NCBI GenBank assembly: GCA_040758255.1
Contig: JBFLVX010000001.1
Location: 132 to 64,131 of the forward strand
Length of the DNA stretch: 64,000 nt
Origin: Nitrospirota bacterium
GTDB lineage: Bacteria > Nitrospirota > Thermodesulfovibrionia > UBA6902
Direction of reading: 5' to 3'
Part shown: positions 8,819 to 17,898 of the stretch, one piece after another
Position numbering within the stretch: the stretch's first letter is position 1
Layout of the letters: every line of letters starts with the position of its first letter
Position numbers and translations under genes: made by a program
Notes under the pieces: model-generated
What the model was told of the DNA's origin: nothing
What the model saw: the letters and a program-made list of their open reading frames with translations, nothing else
Databases searched by the model: none

Positions 8819-8890
8819 TAAGTTTTTAGTTGTTAGTTTTTAGTCAAAAAACTGAAAACAGACAACTAACAACTGAGTAAAAGAGGGAAT

Positions 8891-10723
8891 ATGCAGAAAT
8901 ATCGCGCAAATTTAATGATGTGTGCAGGGACAGGTTGTGTTGCCTGCGGCGCTCTTAAGATAAAAGACGCGCTTAAGGCAGAGCTTAAGGCCAAAAACCT
9001 TGAGGATGAAATCCAGATAGTCCTCACAGGCTGTAACGGCTTTTGCTCCAACGGCCCTATTATGGCTGTATTTCCCGACGGCATCTTCTATCAAAAGCTC
9101 AAACCTGAAGATATCCCTCTTCTTGTTGAAGAGCACCTCTTAAAAGGCCGGCCTGTGGAAAAATTTATGTATCAGGAGCCGGAGAAGAAGACCAAGGTGC
9201 CTGCGATGAAGGATATCCCTTTCTTCAACCTCCAGGTTTTAAGAGCGCTTAGAAATAAAGGGATGATAGACCCTGAGAAGATAGAGGACTACATTGCAAG
9301 AGACGGGTATCAGGCAGCGGCAAAGGCGCTCTTGCATATGACATCAGAAGAAATTGTAAAAGAGATAAAGGATTCAGGTATCAGAGGCAGGGGAGGCGCG
9401 GGTTTCCCGACAGGGCTGAAGTGGGAGTTCTGCTCAAAAGTTAAGTCGGACATTAAGTATATCCTCTGCAACGGCGACGAAGGCGACCCCGGAGCATTTA
9501 TGGACAGGAGCGTTATGGAGGCAGACCCTCATGTTGTGTTAGAGGGGATGATCATCGGAGCAAAGGCGATCGGGGCGACTATGGGTTATATATATGTGAG
9601 GGCAGAGTACCCCCTTGCTGTCAAGAGGCTCCAGATCGCGATTGATCAGGCAAAGGAAGCCGGGCTTCTTGGAGAGAACATTCTTGACAGCGGCTTCAGC
9701 CTGAATATAGAGATATATGAAGGAGCAGGAGCATTTGTATGCGGTGAGGAGACCGCGCTCATGCGTTCAATTGAGGGCAAGCGCGGTATGCCGAGACCAA
9801 GGCCGCCCTTCCCTGCTGTTAAAGGCCTGTGGGACAAACCTACAGTGCTTAACAATGTTGAGACATTCGCAAATATACCGCCCATAATCCTTAACGGAGC
9901 GGAGTGGTTCAGGAGTCTCGGCACCGAAAAGAGCACGGGCACAAAGGTCTTTGCGCTCACCGGAGCTGTAAATAATATCGGCCTTATAGAAGTGCCTATG
10001 GGCATACCTTTAAGGACTATCATATATGACATCGGCGGGGGGATTAAGAACAACAGAAAATTCAAGGCTGTTCAGCTTGGAGGGCCATCCGGCGGATGCA
10101 TACCTGAAAGCCTCCTCGACACACCTGTAGATTATGAATCAATCAATGCAACAGGCGCCATTGTAGGCTCCGGCGGCATGGTTGTCATGGACGATTCAAA
10201 CTGCATGGTAGGCATGGCAAAATTCTTCCTTGAGTTTACCGCTGAGGAGTCATGCGGAAAATGTCCGCCGTGCAGAGTGGGAACAAAGGTGATGCTTGAT
10301 ATGCTGACCGAAATTTCAGAAGGCAGGGGGAAAGAAGGGGATATGGAACTGCTTCAGGACCTTTCAGCAGACATTATCAACACCTCTCTTTGCGGCCTTG
10401 GGCAGACCGCTCCAAACCCTGTGCTTACAACGATAAAGTACTTCAGGGATGAGTATGAATCGCACATCAAGGATAAATGGTGCAAAGCCGGAGTATGTAA
10501 AACACTAACGACATTTTATATAGATGAAGCACTGTGCAAAGGATGCGGGCTCTGCTTAAGGGCGTGCCCCAAAGGCGCAATCACAGGGGAGAAGAAGCAG
10601 CCGCATAAGATAGATAACGAGCTATGCATCAAGTGCCGCTCGTGTTATGTGGCCTGCCCCGTGAAATTCGGCGCGGTAAAGATTGGCCCGGGGAATATGA
10701 CGGTTGCGGCGGAGAGTAAATAA
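8891..10723 (+). CDS. NuoF-like NAD(P)H-binding flavoprotein subunit (HndC/HydB/FdhB type) with N-terminal 2Fe-2S domain and C-terminal 2x[4Fe-4S] ferredoxin domain
   Basis: FMN site GRGGAGFPTGLKW, NADH site GEETALM, N3 cluster ESCGKCPPCR, C-terminal CKGCGLCLRACP and CIKCRSCYVACP, N-terminal CAGTGC...C NuoE-like domain. Confidence 0.9.
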   Translation: MQKYRANLMMCAGTGCVACGALKIKDALKAELKAKNLEDEIQIVLTGCNGFCSNGPIMAVFPDGIFYQKLKPEDIPLLVEEHLLKGRPVEKFMYQEPEKKTKVPAMKDIPFFNLQVLRALRNKGMIDPEKIEDYIARDGYQAAAKALLHMTSEEIVKEIKDSGIRGRGGAGFPTGLKWEFCSKVKSDIKYILCNGDEGDPGAFMDRSVMEADPHVVLEGMIIGAKAIGATMGYIYVRAEYPLAVKRLQIAIDQAKEAGLLGENILDSGFSLNIEIYEGAGAFVCGEETALMRSIEGKRGMPRPRPPFPAVKGLWDKPTVLNNVETFANIPPIILNGAEWFRSLGTEKSTGTKVFALTGAVNNIGLIEVPMGIPLRTIIYDIGGGIKNNRKFKAVQLGGPSGGCIPESLLDTPVDYESINATGAIVGSGGMVVMDDSNCMVGMAKFFLEFTAEESCGKCPPCRVGTKVMLDMLTEISEGRGKEGDMELLQDLSADIINTSLCGLGQTAPNPVLTTIKYFRDEYESHIKDKWCKAGVCKTLTTFYIDEALCKGCGLCLRACPKGAITGEKKQPHKIDNELCIKCRSCYVACPVKFGAVKIGPGNMTVAAESK

Positions 10724-10726
10724 TAT

Positions 10727-13177
10727 ATGATAACGCTCACTATAAACGGTAAAAAGGTTGTTGTTACAGAAGGCACCACGATCCTTGAGGCAGCCCTGCA
10801 GAACGGGATCGAGATCCCAAACCTCTGCTATGACAAGCGCCTCTCACCTTACGGCGCGTGCCGCCTCTGTGTTGTTGAGGTCGAGGGGCAGAAGAAGCTG
10901 CTGGCAGCATGTTCAACGCCGGTAACAGAGGGGATGGAGGTTAAGACAGAGACGCCGAAACTCTTCAAGGCGAGACAGACCGTGCTTGAGCTTCTTCTTG
11001 TCCACCACCCTCTTGACTGCCCCGTATGCGATAAGGCAGGGGAATGCAAGCTTCAGGACCTTGCGTTCAAGTACTGTTCCACCAAGAGCCGCTTTAAGGG
11101 AGAGAAGAAGCATGAGCTTGTTGACACTGGCAGCCCGATTGTAGAGAGAAACCCGAACAGGTGCATACTCTGCGGCAAGTGCGTAAGGGTCTGCGGCGAA
11201 TTACAGGGGGTAGGAGCCATAAACCTCCTGGGACGCGGCTTCGCCTCAAAGATAAGCCCTGCATTTGAAGAGACTCTTGACTGCGAATTCTGCGGCCAGT
11301 GTATAGACGCGTGCCCTGTCGGCGCGCTTGGCAGCAAGCCTTATAAATACAGCTCAAGGGCCTGGTTCCTTGAAGCGCATGACAACATCTGCCCCTACTG
11401 CGGTGTCGGATGCACTGTAACATATGACATCAGGGAAGGGAAGATAATCAGGGCAAAGGGAATAGAAGGCAGGGGAATAAACGAGGGCAACTTATGCGTT
11501 AAGGGAAGGTTCGGTTTTGATTACATCTACTCGAAGAACCGCCTGAAGACCCCGCTGATAAAAGAAGGCGACGGTTTTAAGAGCGTATCTTGGGAAGAGG
11601 CGCTGAACCATATCGCCAGGAAACTCAAGGCGATCAAAGATGCGCATGGCGCTGACGCGATCGGAGCGATAGGCTCTCCAAGATGCACGGTTGAAGACAA
11701 CTTCATGCTGAGGAAGTTTATGAAAGATGTAATCGGAAGCGACAATATAGATTCTTCATCAAGGTTCGGATACGCGAAGATACAGCGTGCCGTTGAGATG
11801 GCGTTCGGGCTTGAATCCCTGCCTGTAGATTTTAACTCTCCAATTGGGAAAGAAGCGATTCTGATAATAGAGTCCGACATCACCTCAACCCATCCTGTCT
11901 GGGGATTAAATTTCCTGAAGGCACAACGCAAAGGTTCATTCCTTATTACAGCAGACACCCGCGAGACAAAACTCACGCGGCACAGCAGCCGATGGCTCAG
12001 GCTGAAGCCCGGAACCGGGGCTGCGCTTATTAACGGGATCATAAAGATAGCCCTTGATGAGGGGCTGTATGATAAAGAGAAGGCCTCACATATTCCGGGA
12101 CTCTCTTTTCTCTCTGACAGCGTAAAAGAATACACCTCGAAAAAGGTTTCAGATATCACCGGCATTGCAGAAGATGTTTTCGTCAATACTGCGAAGAGAT
12201 TTCTCACTGCAGGCTCAAGGCTTATTGCGCTTACAATAGGGGCTGCTGAAGATACAAAGGGGCTGAATACAGCTCTTGCCGCAGCCAACCTGCTCCTGCT
12301 TATAGGTGAAGGGCCTGCGAGCATTCAGATGCCCGCTGAATACTGCAATACCTTTGGTATGTGGCACAAAGGATTGAGGCAGGGAAGATCAGGCAGGGAT
12401 ATTATATCCATGCTTTACGGTGAGGATACGGTCAAAGCTTTATATATTATGGGAGAGAACCCCGCTGTCACATTCCCTGACGCAACAACTATTGATAAAA
12501 CCCTTCGCGGCCTCGACTTTCTTGTTGTGCAGGATATAATGCTTACAGAGACCGCCAAGCTGGCAGACGTGGTGCTTCCTGCCGCAAGCTGGGCGGAAAA
12601 AGAGGGGACATTTATCTGCGCTGAGGGCATTGAACAGAAGGTGCAGAAGATAAGCCAGACCGAAGGAGAGCCTGTGCCTGACTGGCAAATTTTGAGAAAC
12701 CTCTCAAGGGCTATGGGTTTTGAGGTCGGGGCAAAGAACATAACAGCTCTTCAGGATGAGATAAATGAGATAAAGACCGAAGAGAGAACCGCTGAGACGA
12801 TCTTCAACCCAGTTGAATATATCCCCGGAGAAGAGCCGGATGCCGATTACCCTCTTGTGATGATAACAGGCAACCTCATGCAGCATTCAGGGGCGTTATC
12901 AGTCATGTCCCGGAGCCTGAGCCATGTGCTTGCAGATGCGTTTCTTCAGATAAGTAACGCTGACGCTGAAAAATACAATGTCCGCGATGAAGGCTTTGTG
13001 AAGGTAACTTCAAGAAGAGGCTCTGTTATGGTAAAGGCAAGGCTCTCCGATGAAGTGCCTGAAGGCAGCGTCTTCCTTCCAATTCATTTCCCGCATGCAA
13101 AGATAAATACGCTTACGCGCTTGTCCTTGAACGGCGAAGCGCCGCTCAGCGCTGTAAAGATTGAAGCGGTGAAGTAA
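10727..13177 (+). CDS. NuoG-like Fe-S / molybdopterin-oxidoreductase-fold subunit; catalytic Cys/Sec-His of formate dehydrogenases not present
   Basis: N-terminal 2Fe-2S (CYDKRLSPYGACRLC), His-ligated cluster HHPLDCPVCDKAGECKLQ, CILCGKCVRVCGE and CEFCGQCIDACPVG, Mo-domain 4Fe-4S CPYCGVGCTV. At the position of FdhF ARVUHGPS it has SRFGYAKI. C-terminal molybdopterin_binding-like domain present. Confidence 0.85.
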   Translation: MITLTINGKKVVVTEGTTILEAALQNGIEIPNLCYDKRLSPYGACRLCVVEVEGQKKLLAACSTPVTEGMEVKTETPKLFKARQTVLELLLVHHPLDCPVCDKAGECKLQDLAFKYCSTKSRFKGEKKHELVDTGSPIVERNPNRCILCGKCVRVCGELQGVGAINLLGRGFASKISPAFEETLDCEFCGQCIDACPVGALGSKPYKYSSRAWFLEAHDNICPYCGVGCTVTYDIREGKIIRAKGIEGRGINEGNLCVKGRFGFDYIYSKNRLKTPLIKEGDGFKSVSWEEALNHIARKLKAIKDAHGADAIGAIGSPRCTVEDNFMLRKFMKDVIGSDNIDSSSRFGYAKIQRAVEMAFGLESLPVDFNSPIGKEAILIIESDITSTHPVWGLNFLKAQRKGSFLITADTRETKLTRHSSRWLRLKPGTGAALINGIIKIALDEGLYDKEKASHIPGLSFLSDSVKEYTSKKVSDITGIAEDVFVNTAKRFLTAGSRLIALTIGAAEDTKGLNTALAAANLLLLIGEGPASIQMPAEYCNTFGMWHKGLRQGRSGRDIISMLYGEDTVKALYIMGENPAVTFPDATTIDKTLRGLDFLVVQDIMLTETAKLADVVLPAASWAEKEGTFICAEGIEQKVQKISQTEGEPVPDWQILRNLSRAMGFEVGAKNITALQDEINEIKTEERTAETIFNPVEYIPGEEPDADYPLVMITGNLMQHSGALSVMSRSLSHVLADAFLQISNADAEKYNVRDEGFVKVTSRRGSVMVKARLSDEVPEGSVFLPIHFPHAKINTLTRLSLNGEAPLSAVKIEAVK

Positions 13178-13413
13178 GGGCGGTATTATATGCCTTTTAC
13201 TAAATGACATTTCTTGGTAGTGAAACATAGAAAACAGATAATTTACAGAAGCTGCACTTAATAAATGGCACGCAGTATCGTCCTTTCTGTCTGAATTGCT
13301 GCGTGAGAGTAGCATAGATTTGAACGTGTGGTCAATAATGCTACCGTGTTGAAAAATGATGATCGCCAAAGATCACTGGACCGGAAATCAGATGCCGACT
13401 AACGCGAACAACG

Positions 13414-13845
13414 TTAATCCGGCTCAGGTGCATCGTCTTTTTTTGCGATAATATTATTGATGGGTTGATTTGCTATATTCAGAATCATAAATGCAAGAGG
13501 TACCACAAATAATATTTGAAATGTAAACATCACCCCTACAGTTAGAAATAAAAAAATGTAATGCAGTGTCTTTTTGAAGTCAGATAGCAATATGCTAATC
13601 ATGCCAACTGACATCAGTGTCAACATAATTAAATCATTCACGTGTTGAATTGGATCTGCTAATTGATCATGGGCATTATGACCGGCCATGCACCAATGTG
13701 ACCATGTACATATAAACATAGGAATTGCCCCAATTAAAAATGATAACATTGAAATCATTTTTAATTGAGATTCCTTGAATCCGAATTTAATATTGTAGGA
13801 GAATATGTTATTTATGACTTTATATTTTTCTAAATTCTTGAACAT
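13414..13845 (-). CDS. hypothetical small multi-TM membrane protein in an AT-rich islet
   Basis: 3-4 hydrophobic helices, no recognisable motif; local GC clearly lower than flanks (13.45-13.98 kb). Confidence 0.35.
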   Translation of the reverse strand: MFKNLEKYKVINNIFSYNIKFGFKESQLKMISMLSFLIGAIPMFICTWSHWCMAGHNAHDQLADPIQHVNDLIMLTLMSVGMISILLSDFKKTLHYIFLFLTVGVMFTFQILFVVPLAFMILNIANQPINNIIAKKDDAPEPD

Positions 13846-13983
13846 GTATATTTATCACCCAGTTATTAGATAGTTAACTGGATAATAACAGAAATTATTA
13901 GTCGTATCAATAAAATCACAATTGTTTATTTGGCAACTATTGATCGCCATATACTAACCATATTGACTAATATCAATTTTGTC

Positions 13984-15873
13984 CTAAATATCTCTGCCTT
14001 CCTTGAAAGTACATCGCCTCTGTCTCTCCACCGCAACCATCAACAATGATATAGCCACCGGTGTGACGCCGGGTATCCTGCCTGCCTGTCCGAGATTCAA
14101 TGGCCTTATCTCTTCGAGCTTGCCCACTATCTCGTTTGATAGTCCGGGGATTCCTTTATATACAAAACCTTCAGGTATCTTTACCATCTCTATCTTCTTC
14201 AGTCTTTCTGCAAGCTCGGCCTGTCGTTTTATATAACCCTTATATTTTATCTGTATCTCCACCTGATTGATAATGTCAGGCAGAAGCTCTTTTTCCGGCG
14301 GCGATAGTTGAATGATGTCAGAGTAGCTCACCTCAGGCCTCTTAAGAAGCTTATAAAGCGAAATGTCCTCTTTTATCTCCGTACTGCCGAGTTTTTTGAG
14401 GAGAGGGTTTGCGGAATCCGGCTTGCACCTTACTGACTTGAGCCTTTTTATCTCTGCGGTGACAGCATCTTTTTTGTAAAGGAGCATCTCAAAGGCGTCT
14501 TTATTTATCAGCCCGATGTTGTAGCCTTTCTCCATAAGACGGAGGTCTGCGTTATCCTGCCTCAGCAAAAGCCTGTATTCTGCCCGTGATGTGAACATCC
14601 TGTATGGCTCCTCAGTACCTTTTGTCACAAGGTCATCTATCAGCACTCCTATGTACGCCTCATCTCTTCCGAGTATCATGGGGGCTTCCCCTTTTATCTT
14701 GAGCGCGGCATTTATCCCTGCCATAAGCCCCTGAGCCGCGGCCTCTTCATAACCTGATGTGCCGTTGATCTGTCCTGCAAGGAAGAGGCCTTCAACAAGC
14801 TTTGTCTCAAGAGAGGGTTTTAACTGCGTGGGATATACAAAGTCGTATTCTATCGCGTAGCCGAACTTATTTATCTTTGCCTTCTCAAGTCCTGCGATGC
14901 TGTTTACAAGGCTTATCTGCGCTTCCTCGGGCAGACTTGTTGAAATGCCGTTTGCGTAGTATTCATCAACGCCTATGCCTTCAGGCTCAAGAAAGACCTG
15001 ATGCCTCTCCTTATCCTTGAACCGCACCACCTTGTCTTCAATGGAAGGGCAGTATCTCGGCCCCACTCCTTTTATAACGCCGCTGTAAAGAGGAGAGTTT
15101 TTCAGATTTTCGTGTATTATTCGATGGGTATCTTCATTCGTAAAGGTCATGTAGCACGGAAGCTGCGGATTGGTTATCTCTTTTGTGAATATTGAAATTG
15201 GTGGAGGAGGGATTTCTCCGTCCTGTATTGTCATTACCGAAAGATCAACATCTTTTGCATTAAGCCTTGGAGGTGTGCCTGTCTTTAGCCTGCCAAGCTT
15301 AAGCCCCATATTTGCAAGACTTTGCGAAACTCCTGTTGAGGGCGGCTCACCGACCCTGCCCGCGGGATAATTCTTAAGCCCTATATGAATTAGGCCGTTA
15401 AGGAATGTTCCTGTGGTAATGATTACGGCTTGTGAAAAGTATTCGCCTTTTGAAGTCCTGATGCCGAGAATCCGTCCATTGCTGAAGAGAACATCATCAA
15501 CCGTATCCTCTATTATCTCAAGTCCTTTCTGAGACGAGACAGCTTCGAAGGCATATCTCCTGTAAAGAGCGCGGTCGCACTGGACCCTCGTTGCCCAGAC
15601 AGCTGGGCCTTTGCTCTTGTTAAGTATCTTGAATTGTATCCCTGCCTTATCGGTTATCTTTGCCATCTCGCCGCCGAGCGCGTCAATCTCTTTCACAAGA
15701 TGGCTCTTTGCTAATCCTCCGATAGCGGGGTTGCATGACATCTGCCCGATTGTCTGAGCGCTCATTGTGATGAGCGCGGCCTTCAGCCCCATCCTCGCTG
15801 AAGCGAGCGAAGCCTCGATGCCTGCATGTCCTCCGCCGATGACGATGATGTCGTAATTGAGGCTCTTCATCAA
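13984..15873 (-). CDS. mnmG: tRNA uridine 5-carboxymethylaminomethyl modification enzyme MnmG (GidA)
   Basis: N-terminal DIIVIGGGHAGIEASLASARMG FAD fold, GQMSCNPAIGG, length 629 aa and overall GidA pattern. Confidence 0.9.
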   Translation of the reverse strand: MMKSLNYDIIVIGGGHAGIEASLASARMGLKAALITMSAQTIGQMSCNPAIGGLAKSHLVKEIDALGGEMAKITDKAGIQFKILNKSKGPAVWATRVQCDRALYRRYAFEAVSSQKGLEIIEDTVDDVLFSNGRILGIRTSKGEYFSQAVIITTGTFLNGLIHIGLKNYPAGRVGEPPSTGVSQSLANMGLKLGRLKTGTPPRLNAKDVDLSVMTIQDGEIPPPPISIFTKEITNPQLPCYMTFTNEDTHRIIHENLKNSPLYSGVIKGVGPRYCPSIEDKVVRFKDKERHQVFLEPEGIGVDEYYANGISTSLPEEAQISLVNSIAGLEKAKINKFGYAIEYDFVYPTQLKPSLETKLVEGLFLAGQINGTSGYEEAAAQGLMAGINAALKIKGEAPMILGRDEAYIGVLIDDLVTKGTEEPYRMFTSRAEYRLLLRQDNADLRLMEKGYNIGLINKDAFEMLLYKKDAVTAEIKRLKSVRCKPDSANPLLKKLGSTEIKEDISLYKLLKRPEVSYSDIIQLSPPEKELLPDIINQVEIQIKYKGYIKRQAELAERLKKIEMVKIPEGFVYKGIPGLSNEIVGKLEEIRPLNLGQAGRIPGVTPVAISLLMVAVERQRRCTFKEGRDI

Positions 15874-17897
15874 AATCCTTCAAACTCGTAAGATGGAACC
15901 CCTTTAAAACCGTAACATCTGAAGATCGTGTAAACCCTCAGGACCTTGCCGTTCTCATAAACAGTGAATGTCTCCCTCTCGTATTTATCAAATGCGCCTA
16001 TAAGCTTCTCCGGAAAAGATGTCTGATCCATTCTGACAAAGAGAGCGTCATATCCTATAAGCTTCTCCATGCCTCCCCAGATATCGTACTGGCCCATCCT
16101 CCTGCCAAGATTAACGCAGTACGTAACCGGCTTCTTTGGCATATAAAAGGCGAGTTCGCTTGATACCTGATATTTGTCCGAAAATATGAATACATTTTTG
16201 CCTTGTGAAGCGGTCATGTCGCTGTATACTTTATCCATCTTTATGCCGAGTTCTTCCCAGCCTCGCAGCCTTGAGGAAGGGTCCATTTTAAACGGGAGAT
16301 TGATGACCGAAGGATAATGGGCAATCGCTGTAACTATTATTGCCAGAGAGAATGCGGCAATTAGAAATGGTCTGCTGATCTTCTTAATATATCCTTTACC
16401 AAGCATATGATCCGACGATGCGATAAATGCCGTAATATACGCGCTCATCGCCCAGTTTGCCTGCACCTTCCCTTGCAGGCTCTTCAGCAGAAAGAAACCG
16501 AGAACAGGCGCCCAGAACCAGAAGAGAAGACGCCTCACCTGCGGCAAACGGCCCGTGAAGTAATTCCTGATCCCGCCGTCAATTACAAGAAAGAAGAGTA
16601 TGGGCGTTATAACGCCGAACTGTGAGCCTAAAAAATTGAAAAACTCCTTTGCGGAGATTACAAATCCCTTTGCAAGATTGGCATGCCCTTCAGTGTGCTT
16701 GAGCGTAACCCAGCCGTGATTCATGTTCCAGATTATAACCGGACTGAATATCAGAAGGCTCACAAGTAGCGCGATATACGGCTCCTTCTTCCTGAACCAT
16801 CTCCTTTCTTCTTTGTGGAATAAAAAGAAGAGGAACCCGCAGATATAGAAGAAGGCCATTGTGTATTTGGTGAGCAGCCCAAGCCCTATGCTGACACCGA
16901 GCAGTATCCAGACCCATCCCTGGCTCTTGCCTTCTGTCTTGCTTACTGCTTTATAGAATAGATAGATTGACAGCGTCCAGAAGAATATAAATGGCGGGTC
17001 AATGGTCATTATCAAGCCTGATGAAGAAAAGAGCGGGGTCGCCTGAGGCATAAGCGCGGCTAATAAAGCCTTCTTTCCAGCATTATTATCTTGAGCAAAA
17101 AGTTCAATGGAAAATTTGTAAATAACAAGTGAAATGAGGGCAAGAAATATTGGCGCAAGAAACCGCACAGCAAAGACAGAGTCACCCATTATCCATGTCG
17201 AGGCTGCGATAAGCCAGGCGATAGCAGGCCCCTTTTCGTAATAGCTCAGATCCAGCCTTTTTGCCCATGTCCAGTAATTTGCTTCGTCCGGGCTCAGATC
17301 AAGAGGCCCCGTCAGTATGTAATAGTAACGGAAAAGAGTTATGGCGATGAGTGCAAGAAAAAGGATGGTGGAATGGGGGCTCTTCCTGAATCTCTCTGCA
17401 GACCATCTATACATCAGGATAACAATCCCCGCTGCCAGAAATCCCCATATAGCTCCTGCAAATACATCGGATGGATAATGAACGCCTATGTATACTCTTG
17501 AGAATGCAACAAGAATTGCAATGACAAACATCGGCAGAGAGGCCCTTCTGAAGAAGTAAGAGAAGGCCGCGGCTGAGGCAAAGGCATTTACCGCGTGATT
17601 CGACGGCATGGAAAAAGAACCTCCGCAGCCTCCAAGGAGCCTCACCTCTTCAAGGGTATGGCAAGGTCTCGGAATTTCAAAGAGATGCTTCAGAAAGTTG
17701 GCGCTTGCGTCTCCAATTCCTAAGGCAATAAAAGATAAGAGAAGAGCAATAAGGCCTTTTTTGCGCTCTTTCAGAAAAAAAGGGGTTACAACCAGAAAAA
17801 AGATGATGTATGACCTGCTGGTTATAAAAGGCATTATCAGGTCAAAGAATGAATTCTGCAAGCCCTGATTTATAAGAAAGAAGAGGGACGTGTCCAT
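15870..17897 (-). CDS. fusion protein: N-terminal PAP2 lipid phosphatase domain plus ArnT/PMT-like (GT39/GT83) glycosyltransferase multi-TM domain
   Basis: PAP2 motifs KHLFEIPRP, PSNH, SRVYIGVHYPSD; then SPDEANYWTWAKRLDLSYYEKGPAIAWL resembling the DE-containing first periplasmic loop of ArnT-family transferases; many TM helices. Confidence 0.7.
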   Translation of the reverse strand: MDTSLFFLINQGLQNSFFDLIMPFITSRSYIIFFLVVTPFFLKERKKGLIALLLSFIALGIGDASANFLKHLFEIPRPCHTLEEVRLLGGCGGSFSMPSNHAVNAFASAAAFSYFFRRASLPMFVIAILVAFSRVYIGVHYPSDVFAGAIWGFLAAGIVILMYRWSAERFRKSPHSTILFLALIAITLFRYYYILTGPLDLSPDEANYWTWAKRLDLSYYEKGPAIAWLIAASTWIMGDSVFAVRFLAPIFLALISLVIYKFSIELFAQDNNAGKKALLAALMPQATPLFSSSGLIMTIDPPFIFFWTLSIYLFYKAVSKTEGKSQGWVWILLGVSIGLGLLTKYTMAFFYICGFLFFLFHKEERRWFRKKEPYIALLVSLLIFSPVIIWNMNHGWVTLKHTEGHANLAKGFVISAKEFFNFLGSQFGVITPILFFLVIDGGIRNYFTGRLPQVRRLLFWFWAPVLGFFLLKSLQGKVQANWAMSAYITAFIASSDHMLGKGYIKKISRPFLIAAFSLAIIVTAIAHYPSVINLPFKMDPSSRLRGWEELGIKMDKVYSDMTASQGKNVFIFSDKYQVSSELAFYMPKKPVTYCVNLGRRMGQYDIWGGMEKLIGYDALFVRMDQTSFPEKLIGAFDKYERETFTVYENGKVLRVYTIFRCYGFKGVPSYEFEGF

Positions 17898-17898
17898 T

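Noticed and set aside
11527-12324. 265-aa minus-strand ORF (and several 60-110 aa ORFs at 10849-11423 and 12415-12886) inside the nuoG-like gene
   Set aside because: Antisense to a gene with strong, continuous family homology; Ser/Ala/Pro/Arg-rich low-complexity translation typical of spurious antisense frames.
10727-13177. Calling the 816-aa protein a formate dehydrogenase catalytic subunit (or the cluster a hydrogenase)
   Set aside because: At the position aligning with FdhF ARVUHGPS the protein has SRFGYAKI (no Cys/Sec-His), and no [FeFe]-hydrogenase H-cluster motifs occur anywhere in the window. It is therefore described as NuoG-like and non-catalytic, pending formal alignment.
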